The notes below the pieces were generated by a model. That model had not been told where the DNA came from. It was given only the letters and a program-made list of their open reading frames with translations, and searched no databases. The position numbers were made by a program, and so were the translations under genes. A stretch of 64,000 nt of DNA, counting the filler, from Lenisia limosa (taxonomy: Eukaryota; Protista; Breviatea): assembly GCA_001655205.1 (NCBI GenBank). It is 11 parts of 11 records of this genome, joined end to end, with 100 filler letters (N's around TTAATTAATTAA, not from the genome) between each part and the next. Parts side by side here need not be neighbours in the genome. Positions count along the whole stretch, not along the records: positions 1 to 1,407 come from LPNZ01011445.1; positions 1,508 to 6,859 come from LPNZ01011016.1; positions 6,960 to 14,244 come from LPNZ01002674.1; 8 more parts are not named here. One strand, written 5' to 3'. Below are positions 1 through 11,704 of the stretch, piece after piece (the first letter of the stretch is position 1; each line of letters starts with the position of its first letter).

Positions 1-342
1 TATACAAGAATTTGAAACCGATTTTTGAATTACAGTAGAAAACAAATCACCCCAAAAAAGAAGAAAAAACAAAGTCAAGATCATTTTACTTTTTAATTTT
101 GCGAGATAAACACAAAAAATATATTTTAGACTTGCTTTTCTCAAAAAGAGTGAATATCGTAAAAAAAAAAGAAAAAAAAAAAANNNNNNNNNNNNNNNNN
201 NNNNNNNNNNNNNNNNNNNNNNNNNNNNNNNNNNNNNNNNNNGAATAAAAAGGGGGAAGGACGCCTGAAGAGTGGATCTGTGGTTGCTCTCCCAAATTGG
301 TGACACATCCCGCTGTAACAATCCTTATTGTTCCCGCTTTGC

Positions 343-428
343 CTGCATATTTTATCTCCTGTACTGTTGACTTTTTGCCTTATCTCTGCATATTTTATCT
401 CCTGTACTGTCGACTTTTTGCCTTATCT
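343..428. repeat. Tandem duplication, 2 x 43 bp
   Basis: ctgcatattttatctcctgtactgt(t/c)gactttttgccttatct occurs twice back to back with one mismatch. Confidence 0.95.
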
Positions 429-663
429 CAAAAAATGACTGAACCAGCGTAATAATTGAAACCTAATGTAAATGCGTTATAATATTACCATATTAACTCT
501 TCTTCTTAGAATATGGTCCACTTTTTTATTTCAAGTTTCACCAGGTATACAAAAAAATGGCTCTCAAATCAATTTTTGCTTTCCAAACTCCAATGTCAAA
601 AATGCAATAATCTCAAAGATTTCTTCACAATCAAACAATGATTCACCTTTTTAGTCCATGCAG

Positions 664-714
664 ATGTTCGAATGCGGGATGGAGGAACTGCTCTTTATGC
701 TGCTGCGCAACAAG
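664..714 (+). CDS. Isolated ankyrin-repeat exon (gene fragment)
   Basis: Between cag acceptor and gtttgt donor; reads DVRMRDGGTALYAAAQQG, matching the ankyrin GxTALxxAA motif; other exons not located. Confidence 0.6.
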
Positions 715-1516
715 GTTTGTTACAGAATTAGATAACACCATAATATAATTCATAGCTGAGTGAGTCAATATTCAATAGCTTTTCGAAGTAATAAAAAAAG
801 AGGAACCGAGCTAATGCTCATTCATTATCAAATGACTTTCATGCATAAGCCTAGTTTTTTGTTCAGGCTAAAAAACGTGGTGTTTGTGTAGCTTGGAAGA
901 GGAGGTAGATTTTTTGATAATGTTACTAACCGCTCTTCCCCCCGTAAAAAACTGTTCAATTGAATAAAACTTGCATTCCCAGGAAGGAAGGCTCCAAGAA
1001 CACCTCTGTTTCAGAGAAAGCCAGGATTAGCAAATTCCTGATTTTTCGATATGCAATACATTCCACCATTTTACCCTCCAAGAAGTAAGACCTTCAAATT
1101 AAGGTGATACTGTCATGGTGCAAGTGTATGGTCATATATGAGTATCTTGTCAAAATATATATAATATATATACTAGGCAACCTAAACTCTGTATTCTATT
1201 CCAAAATTCCGTATTCTATTGTTTAAAAAAAACTTACCATAAAATCTCGCTTTTTCTCCATTATTACTCATGAACACCTCATTAGAAACGTATTTCGGAA
1301 TGTATAAAAACAGAAAGGTTGAAATAATTTAGACTCAATTCTAATTTTATACTTGAACAAAACATCTGGCTTCAAAACAACAACAAAAACACACAAATCT
1401 AAGCAAGNNNNNNNNNNNNNNNNNNNNNNNNNNNNNNNNNNNNNNNNNNNNTTAATTAATTAANNNNNNNNNNNNNNNNNNNNNNNNNNNNNNNNNNNNN
1501 NNNNNNNCCCCCCCAC

Positions 1517-3519
1517 AGTTTTATGATGTTCTGATATTAGACTGAAGTGCTGAGCCCAGTCCCGGTTATCACCAGAGATAGTCACGCGCAGTTTTGGCGC
1601 AACACGCTCAACTTCCAATCGCCAAACGCGAGCGTCGGTTTTGTTTTCCACCTCAGGAAGTCTGAAAAATATTGAAAGGACGCACAGGGAAAAGCTTTCA
1701 TCATAATCTTTCATTCTACATCCTTTACCTTCGAAAATCATTTGCTTTATGCGCCCACACTCACGTTTCCTGAATATTATTGGCACCAACAGTCTCTTCT
1801 TCCTCATCGCTTTCATCCACGACCTCCTGAACCTCATCTTCAAGGTCTTCATCAGCCCCGTCGTCAACTTCAACTTGGACGCCGAAGCTACGGAATGAAA
1901 ATTGTTCAATATGGTTCAATGAGAGCATATTACGTTCTAAAAGCTGAATCATTAACCCCTCTTTAACAATAAGGAGATAACGCTTTTTTGATGCCCCAAT
2001 GTACTACTTTTGATCACCAATAATTGTACTATGAGGGTAGTTTAGAGTGGAATGGAATGGCAATGGTTGTGATGTAGTTTTTTTTAGCTTGGAATCTTTA
2101 TATTAACATCATAACTATAATGCTAATATGATGAGGAGATCCATGACTTCAATTATGGTGGAGCTAAATGGGGAAATATGTGTGAAATGGTACTCGGAGC
2201 AGAACAGCTTTGCTGGGACAGTTGAACCCCCCCCCCCCNNNNNNNNNNNNNNNNNNNNNNNNNNNNNNNAGCGCAGCGTCAGACAAAAGGTTCAGAATGT
2301 TGCATACTACGTCGCCGTTTCCTTGAAAACATAAGATAACAACAAGACAAATCAAATATACTACTGTTTCGATGTTTGACATCATAATCTTCAGATTTTT
2401 ATATCCAAGGTAATATGTATCACCCCCCCCCCCNNNNNNNNNNNNNNNNNNNNNNNNNNNNNNNNNNNNNNNNNNNNNNNNNNNNNNNNNNNNNNNNNNN
2501 NNNNNNNNNNNNNNNNNNNNNNNNNNNNNNNNNNNNNNNNNNCTTTCAGTTTCATGAGAATGGTGGCGGCAGAAGCATTGGGATCGTCATATTGCTGAAG
2601 AGTGAAGTTGCATAATTTGATGTACACATATTATGTCAAATAATTTGGATTATTTTTCACCCGTCCTGTATAATATGCTCCAGCTGGTTTGTTGCTATTT
2701 TCTTCAAATACAAAGTTGCCTGATACCCGCTCCACTCTTGGATATAAATTCCCATTCCAACCTTCTTCCACCTCTGTGAACACAGCAACCAAGTTCATAA
2801 AATTATTTGTTCATTATGCTTACACTCTGATTACAAAGAACAAGTCCCACCCTGCTTTAAGCTCTATATAGCCCAAATACTAAGCTATGATAAACACCGA
2901 AATCAGCACGAAAAGCCAACCTGGGGTGCGGTGAAGTCTCTACCCATCGAGCTCATGAGCCATGAGACAAGCGACGTGAAGTAGTAGAACTGCTCTTGCT
3001 GGTTGCGCTCGGGTAGGGCGAAGTAGGCGGGTTCAAGAGGGTCAAAGCCGCTGGAGTGTTACAGAAGATGCGTCCCTGATGATCTCGAACTAGGTATTGA
3101 AAAGCAGGACTACAAGTTAAATAGATAGCCAAATTGGGAGTTTTTGAAACACCTATCGTTAAAGTTCTCTCAACAAGAAAACTAAAAAAGTATCCTCCAA
3201 ACAAAAGGGGCGTTACAGCAAAAACAGCAAACCTTGGCCTTAGTCTCCTCAACTCAAAAGATAATAAATATTTAGCCTTAGAGCGAAGGATAGGGAACAG
3301 TGGGCTTACTATATGTCGCAAAACATTGACTCATAGTTTAGCAGCTTCAGTTTCTCTTTGATATCGTCCATCAGAACAAACGCAGACACTTCATTCTGGA
3401 TGTCGCAAGTAAGAATTGGTCATTATGATGCTTTAGGGACCCACAGATTCGACAGGAGGCGCTGCAAGACGTTGCTTTCCACCATCCGCTGTAGGGACAT
3501 ATGAGCCATCGTCTTTCAT
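1517..3519 (-). CDS. IFT57: Intraflagellar transport protein 57 (Hippi), multi-exon, 3' part lost in gap
   Basis: Spliced exons give LMDDIKEKLKLLNYE, YFALPERNQQEQFYYFTSLVSWL, QYDDPNASAATIL, GNGDVVCNILNLLSD and DARVWRLEVERVAPKLRV...DNRDW; these match IFT57 motifs in the correct order. Confidence 0.93.
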
Positions 3520-3919
3520 TTCTATCTACAACGATTCTTCTTATTATACTTCCTCTTTATATCTTCAAATCTTTCAAAAGCCAAAATGTATTGAAATATA
3601 ATTTAAACCTAGGGTAACGGGAAACCCAATATTTGGGTGCGCCTAATACATTCGGGCATTTCGATTCGCAGCAGATTCCCACGCAATATTGACGCAAAAC
3701 CAGCGCAAAACCTACAACAAGGAGCCCACAAGGATAAACCAGCTATCCAATCCAACAGCAGAGAAAAGCTGGGTTGGAGTNNNNNNNNNNNNNNNNNNNN
3801 NNNNNNNNNNNNNNNNNNNNNNNNNNNNNNNNNNNNNNNNNNNNNNNNNNNNNNNNCACTCAACGAAGACGAACGTGAAATGAACCGTTAATTAAGGCCG
3901 TGGCTGTAAAGAGGCGCAA

Positions 3920-6790
3920 AATCTCATTTGAAATACACTTCAGCACTTTTGTCAAGATACTTGAGGCCGGCTTTGAGGTGTCTGAACAGTGAGATGAGTA
4001 TGAANNNNNNNNNNNNNNNNNNNNNNNNNNNNNNNNNNNNNNNNNNNNNNNNNNNNNNNNNNNNNNNNNNNNNNNNNNNNNNNNNNNNNNNNNNNNNNNN
4101 NNNNNNNNNNNNNNNNNNNNNNNNNNNNNNNNNNNNNNNNNNNNNNNNNNNNNNNNNNNNNNNNNNNNNNNNNNNNNNNNNNNNNNNNNNNNNNNNNNNN
4201 NNNNNNNNNNNNTTATATCATAATTGAAAGACTGCAAGTGGCACCTGGCCGCAGTGGTCCACACCACAACAGAGTGAAAACTTAATTTCCAGGTGTAATA
4301 TCGATCCGTCTCACGTGAGATACTCCTCGCTAGGGGTAGTAAGGCAGAAGTTAAGAGCCGCAAACGCCCGAAACTCGGCATCGGCCAAATCCGGCAGGGC
4401 CACGCCAAAGTATTCGCAAACAGACTAAAAGGTGAGACAGTGCGGGGTTGGAGGATTATTGCTTTCCGCACGATAAAGGTAATGACAGTGTTGCAGCTTT
4501 AATGAACTAATATGCTATGGTGATTTAAGTGCAGAAAATCCTATAAAAAAGGGGGACACGAAATGAATCCCACCTTAACAGCAGCCACAAGCAATTCGCG
4601 GTGATCGGCAATGGGATCACAGAACTTGATGGCGAGAACCAACGTGGCTGCAGCCATGAGTTTCCTATTGGTCTTCCGAACCTCCAACTACACAATCAAT
4701 AAGGTGATGTAAAAGTAAAGACTAAATGAAATGTACTTGTCCTTGAACATAAGAATAAATTAAATATACCAATTGCCATCATTTCAGGGGAAAACAAACC
4801 TTCAGAATAAGCTTCTCAAGGTAGACCGTGGCGATTGCAACAGTAGCCATCTAATGGATCAAAGAAGATCCTCAATTTGGCAAAAGAAACAAAGTAGTGT
4901 TTTTGTATATCATTATGTTTGAGCTCATGTGAACCGTGACATTATTAAAACGGATATAGAAAATTGCTCAGGTAGGACTAACCTCCAAATCAAGCTCTTT
5001 TGTGATGTCAAGCATTCGTCGTTTCAACATTTTGAGTTTGCTCAACGACATTTCCGTTCCTACCAAGAGTGAGTTGCTTCAGAATGTTTTGTATATATCA
5101 TATAATTATGCATACATAATATATATACAGATGATATATTATATCAAATAGATTGGTATCGTGCTGAATCACGTCTATCAAGGCATTGTTTAGAGGAAAT
5201 ATTTGAGTAAATTGCAACAACATATTAAAGGGGTATTTTATCTACTATTCGTTTTCAAACGATTGCTCCATATAACCTTGAAATAGCAAGGCTCCAAAAA
5301 AGAACAAATTTTAAGGATCTGCATTGGCATGGACGTTACTCAGATAAACAAAGGCGGTTAGCCATGCCCACCAGAAAGCCAGTCATGCTGGAAGCACCAT
5401 TGTTCATTAAGTTCATCACGAAGTTCGTTGGGTCGAACAAAGGGAATAATGGACACCTGAGACGGGGGGTCAAATGGATATTAGAGAAACAAAATCCATG
5501 CTATCAATTCCATACGAGACGATAGTGTACTCTCCAAACAAACAAAAAGCCCCTGAACACCAAAGGACAGTTCCCCCTCCTCAAAGTGCTTACAACATAA
5601 GACGGCAGAGAAATGACGGTAAGGTCTCTACCCGAACGTAACGTGGGATCGTCAAGGTAAAGCGGGTCATATTCACACTAATGGGTGAGGAAAAGGGAGT
5701 CATATTCAGAATAGACGAGAACCCAAGTAGAAACCAATGCAATGCACAGCCAAGGCATACACAATTCGCCTGGGCAGTATGGATCCCTGACCACCAGCTC
5801 TGTGATAGATTGTTCATGTGACTGATTTTCTAAATGGTTACATACCGAAGTGATTACCGTTCCAAACAAGGTGAATTGATAATTGCTTGTAATGTTAATG
5901 GAAATAATGATAAAACCCGCAGTGAAATCAACACTCACATCTAAAGAGTCCCGCTTATGAGGGGGGATGACAGATGACATCGCAAATGGCGTGAACGTCT
6001 TACGTGAGTACATTATCGATCGGTTTTCAAGTTCTTCTAAGCAGCGTAAGTTGCAATCGAAATCAAAAGACAAATATTGAAATCTTGGAATTAGAACCAT
6101 GGTAGGTTTCCCAAAATACCTGGATCCATGTCTCGAATGCTTGATTTCATAATAAAGGGAGGAACAGGCTTCTAAATCTGTTTGAGAAAAACTAACAAGC
6201 AGAGTATGATTCATAAAGAACGTAATAAAGGGTTTTCCTATAATAATTCAAAGAAAAAGACCAAAATATACCAAGGATTTATTGAGATATTTGGCCTTAA
6301 GCAATCTTAGGGAAGCTCCAGTAAAAAGACGGAAATGAAACAACATGAGAGTGAATAATCAAGGGGAAGACAAGAAAATCGAATGTCTTACCTCTCCAAG
6401 CCCTGGTAGTTCCATATCGGATCCCATGGTGTACTAAAATCAGTAAGTTCTGCACCGCAGATATTCACTGGGTATTCGTATGTCAACAAATCCTCAAATA
6501 AGGGCAGTATCCAAGAAAGGAGGAAATGTTTTGAATATTTCTTTCAAAAAAAAAACAGAATGAAAAAACTCCTGGAATATTTGTATCTAAAATAATCCCT
6601 TTTAGTATACTATCCTCCATACTGTTGGTGAGAGTGGAGAAGCTGGGAAGGGTGCAAACGTGGGAGACTCTTGAAGGGGAGCTCGTTGCAACTTGAGCAG
6701 TGACTTTCAAAGAAGAAGGAGAGGAAACTGGGTTCAAGGAATGCAGAGATGATTGATAATACGACGATTGCTCAATACAATATTGTACAA
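3920..6790 (-). CDS. CABLES-like cyclin-fold protein, 5' partial, ends approximate
   Basis: Exons YDPLYLDDPTLRSGRDLTVISLPSYV, SIIPFVRPNELRDELNE, MSLSKLKMLKRRM, TVAIATVYLEKLILK, NRKLMAAATLVLAIKF and AEFRAFAALNF resemble the CABLES C-terminal cyclin box. Confidence 0.8.
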
Positions 6791-7072
6791 TTATTTCACA
6801 CATTATAAATTGATATATTATTACTATGTGATATACTTAACTATGTCTAGACACTACATNNNNNNNNNNNNNNNNNNNNNNNNNNNNNNNNNNNNNNNNN
6901 NNNTTAATTAATTAANNNNNNNNNNNNNNNNNNNNNNNNNNNNNNNNNNNNNNNNNNNNGGCTTTGTTTGTTTTGTTGATCTCAATGCTTCTGTGTTGTC
7001 AGCCAACAGAGTTGATTTCGGCTTTTTGTTTCATAAATTTCCAATCCCCCCCACCCTCTTCACCCCACATAG

Positions 7073-7723
7073 GAAGACGGAGAAGAAGTAGTTGTTGTAA
7101 TGCCATCCGAGGCCCTTGTTGATGATACCCCTGTAGAAAGCTCTTCTGAGACAACTAAGCAGGTAGGAAATAGGTAACCAAAAGAAGTTTGTAATTAGAA
7201 ATTAGGCACTTGTGATGTGGTTCAAGTTATATTCTTCCTCTTGGCTACTTTATTGGAAAAACTATAATCCGAAATTTGTTGTTTTGTTATTTTTAGAGTC
7301 AAAACATTCACGATATACTCCATTGTCATTCATATTTATTATATATTTACAAATATTAAGAGTCTTACACTGTTTACAGGCTTGGAAGTCCATATCCGAC
7401 CTACACAAGCCACAGAATACTGTAAAGGTTGGAATATCTGTCGTGTTGGGAAGTTCCTCTTTGTCACCCTATCCATATCAGTAACAGTAGATACCACTAA
7501 TACTTGGCTCAGTGGTAAATGCTCAGCAAGAGAAATGCCAATTCATTCCAATGAATTGAATTCTTTCTTTATCATTTTGGTTCCACTCTTCTCCGTTATG
7601 ATTTTATCCTAACTGTTCACTCTACCAGTTTTCTATATGTTCTACTCTGACCTAAATCCCCAGGCCCCCACGGGTTTTGCTGCAAGGAGGGCGGCAATGT
7701 TGGCTAAAGCTAAAGCCTCTTGA
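7073..7723 (+). CDS. 3' exons of a hypothetical protein
   Basis: Three GT-AG-bounded exons: EDGEEVVVVMPSEALVDD..., AWKSISDLHKPQNTVK and APTGFAARRAAMLAKAKAS-stop. Confidence 0.55.
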
Positions 7724-8353
7724 AGCACATATGATCGCTTTATTATTGCTTTATTATCTTGATCTTCGGGTTTCAATTCCGCTAAAGGAAGATTTTTTTG
7801 TTGTTGTTTTGTAATGTACTGTATGAGGTTCAAACTTCTCGTTACACAAGCCTTCACGCAAACTTGAAGAATAATTGATATGAAACAGTAACTAAAGACC
7901 CTTCATTTTGGTATTCTGCACCCCCCCCCCCCCNNNNNNNNNNNNNNNNNNNNNNNNNNNNNNNNNNNNNNNNNNNNNNNNNNNNNNNNNNNNTCCGAGA
8001 AAGATGCAACTTGCTCATACAAGTTCAAAAGTTTAACTTGGCACCGGTAAAAAAACATGTTCGAACGGGGGGTATAAATACAAACCACCCTGAACCCACT
8101 CAGGGGCTCATTCCTGGCGACGCTTGCGGAACTCTTGGATGTGTTCAGAAGTGTCTATCATTTGTAACATTTGTCACACTAGTTGCACCTCACTGAAGAT
8201 GTCTAACTAGTGCAACTAGTGTAACAGCTGATGATCTATTTTATTTTCCCTTCATTTTTTTGCAGATTTTCAGAAGAGTAGGAAGTCTGGACTGGGCAAC
8301 TGAGTAGAACAAGCGGAGTGTCAAACTCAAGGGATATTTTGGGGGTCCGAGTG

Positions 8354-11340
8354 ATGAGCATTTCTGCTGCCTGTAAGAAGGGCGATCTTGAAGAAGTACG
8401 TCGATTGGTTGAGGCCGATCAAAAGCTCGTACATGAAACATGTGGAATTTCAGTGAGCCTTGGGGTTTAAATATTGAGTGAGCGAGACAGATTGAAAGTT
8501 GAATAGACCCAGTTTGGAAGTTGAAGTGGTACATCATATACACATGGGAATTTCTGGAACATCTTTTTTTTCTGTGGATTTGAGCAGACTTGATACCCTG
8601 ATACACTCTGAATAAACCCTCGTGTTATTTTGTTATCACTTCGATTTGAAAGTCGGGCATATGATCAATAGTGAATATTGGTCAACATTTAGGGTGAAAC
8701 TCTCCTCAGTTACTCTGCTGAGAGGGGTCACTTGGATATCGTGAAGTACCTCATTGAGAAGGGTGCAGACGTCAATGAAAGCAATAACTATGTATGTTTG
8801 ATGTGGAATTATCGATATTCTCAATAAATATTGATAATTTTGTTAGTTTTGAACCTGAATAATGAAGCTCAACGTTTGACTTATCACATTGGCAGATTGT
8901 TTATTCCTTCAAACACTATAGAAGGATTACTTCCACAAGTGCTATTTTTTTTAATAATATGCATGAGAAATCTAGGAAAAAAATAAATACAATGGGGTTC
9001 CATTCACAATTTACCATGCCTCCGTGAACTATGATTTCCACGCAGTGATATGCAAACCTACATACATGTATATCCACTCATTGATAATTAAAAGACTATT
9101 CTCAGATACACTCGAGATAAAGTCATCTTAATAATAACATACGCACTTAATACCCATTATTTCCCCCATTTTGCAACAATACCTCATCTAAGTTGCCTTA
9201 TCTCGTCTGACTTCACTCCAGAGTCAAATCCCCCTTCATTTCGCCGCGTGCTTTGGTCGCTTGGATATTGTGCAGTGCCTCATTGAGAGTGGTGTAGACG
9301 TTAACAAAGCTGAATGGACGGTGGGGTAAATAGGACGATTAGATTCTTAACACCCCAGTTTTTTAGAGCTCTTGTGGTTCTAAATACTCTGAATTTTCGA
9401 TAGATCTTGATAAAACGGTACAATGTCTTGGCATCACCATTTATACATAGTGAAAAAAAACATACCCACTGACCACGATAAGTCCTGATATGATTGGCCA
9501 AAGATAATGCCTAATAGTCGTGTCATGACATTTCTCGGTCAGTGTATATCATATATTACATATCATATATGCTATAGTATGTATTATTTTGACGGAGTTT
9601 ACAGGTGTATTTGGAATTGGATTGAAATGTATATATTAGGTCTCACCTTGACATAGCCCTTCATCCAAAATAATGGTGAACAAAAATAAATGTCCAAGGT
9701 TTTCTTTTTGACCTTTCATGCTTTGATTCTTTTTTATTTGACTGACATTATATCAGAATAAAACTGCGCTCTATTATGCCATTGATAAAGGCTACTTGGA
9801 CCTGGCAAAGTACCTTGTTGAGAAGGGGGCTGACGTTAACCATGACTGTGGATCTGTGAGTAGGGTTGCTCCTAGGGATTCACTTCGAAAAAAGGGAGAT
9901 AATGCCTGCAAAATTCATACTTTTGAAAAGAAGTTCTCTTCCATTCGAAAAAGACCCAGGGCAAATGGGCAACATGGAGGTTTTATCGAAATATTCAGTC
10001 TTCTGGCCGATGTGACGTCATTATCATATTTAGATAATGCTCCCAGTTATCCATCAATATGATTCTGCTCTTGATTCTTCCTTTTCCCTTAGTATTCGTG
10101 ATGCAAATGCTTCCCCTTTTATTGGGGACTTGTTAATAATGTGCCTCCCCTTGTTTATTCCGATATCGACATATTTTACATGCTGCAGCATTCATTGACC
10201 CACTTATCCTCATTGAACAGGGACAAACGTACCTCAGCTACTTTGCATCCAAGAGTTATCCCTCATTCTTGGCAATAGTGAAGTGTCTTATTGAGAATGG
10301 TGCTAAAATCAACGTATTTGATAAAAGGGTGTGGCGAGGCTGCTTTATTTTAGAGTAATTTGCATTTATCTTTGCCTTTTGTTGTGTTATCTTTAGTTTG
10401 TGTTTATCTTGTCTTTATGTCATCTTTAATTTGCATAAATGATCGTTTCCCTTTAAGAATATGATATTTTTTTTATTTGGAAGGGATTGCTTGGTGGCTG
10501 AAGCTTTATTCCGTTCATGTTTTGCTTACCTTGATTAAACAGAAAAGAACTCCCCTCAGCTATGTCGCTGAGAGTGGTCACTTGGATATCGTGAAATGCC
10601 TTGTTGAGAATGGTGCCGATACGGAGTACTATGAAGATGTAGTGGGTGGATGTACTGAGAATCCAACAAAGAAATCCTGGAAAAATGAAACTTGTTAGAA
10701 TGATAAGATTATTGTCTTTAATATAATTTTCTTATCTTCTTGAATGTATAATATATCATATTATTCTAATATATCCTGACCTACATGTCATGCAACATCC
10801 CCAAGTCCAAACTTATACGCAATACGCTAGAGTGATGGGATGCGGTGCTGCAGGAGAGACTGGCTTTGGGCTTTGTTTGTTTTGGTGTCATCAACCGTCG
10901 TGTGTTCTCAGCCAACAGAGTTGTTTCATAATTTTTTTTATTTACACATTTTCTATTGAGTATATGATATTTTATAGTTAGTGCTGAGAATTTTGGAACT
11001 TCCTACTTCGCTAAAACAGCTAAAATGGGGATTAACTTGGGCTTCCCTGCGGTCCGAAAAATGCCCAGTAAAATATCGATATCGTGGATCTATCGAGAAA
11101 TGGGACCATAGGGAAGCGCTGGAATACTATCTCAAATATCCAACATCCTTTTCAACCCAACTAATACAATATCTCTTGTAAGTGTTTCACATCTCAATAG
11201 TTAGATACTGTTCACTACCGCCTTGGTTTACTAAACAGCAAACTTCGGCCCTCAACTTCGCTGCGGAGCGTGATCACATATCTATGATGAAGTATCTCCT
11301 TGATAATAGCGCTGGAATCATGGAGCCTTACGACGATGCG
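8354..11340 (+). CDS. Ankyrin-repeat protein, one repeat per exon, all introns phase 0; 3' end uncertain
   Basis: Exons 8354-8452, 8693-8791, 9222-9320, 9757-9855, 10221-10328, 10543-10641 and 11239-11340 (99,99,99,99,108,99,102 nt), each an ankyrin repeat, e.g. GETLLSYSAERGHLDIVKYLIEKGADVN; a possible last exon starts near 11588. Confidence 0.92.
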
Positions 11341-11704
11341 GTTGGTGGGTCTGTTGAGTGTGTAGTTGTGAAAAAGGCTAAAGTCGGAATATCATTTTTT
11401 TCGGAATTCCAGGATATGTCCGATTCTGGTCCGGTCCTATTTTTCATGTTACCACGGTTTGTTCCCAAAAAAAACCCAAAGAAATACCTTTTTTCGTGAG
11501 ATTTTCAATATTCGGAGTAATGAAAGATGAATAAAACTACATGTTTTAGAAAATGTAGAGCAAGAACAAGAACTTTAATTTTTTCAGAATTACGCCTCGC
11601 GTCACAATCCTAAATCGCGAGTGAAGGCCTTTATTTTAGACTATGTTTTCGAATAACATATATATTAGATATATATTAGATATATATTAGATATGTATAA
11701 GGTA

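Noticed and set aside
1452-1463. TTAATTAATTAA embedded in N runs (also near 6904, 14289, 32337, 36732, 41361, 43209, 51739, 60957 and 62836)
   Set aside because: An identical palindrome with stops in all six frames, centred in fixed-length gaps, is an assembly linker and not biology; gene neighbourhoods across it are unreliable
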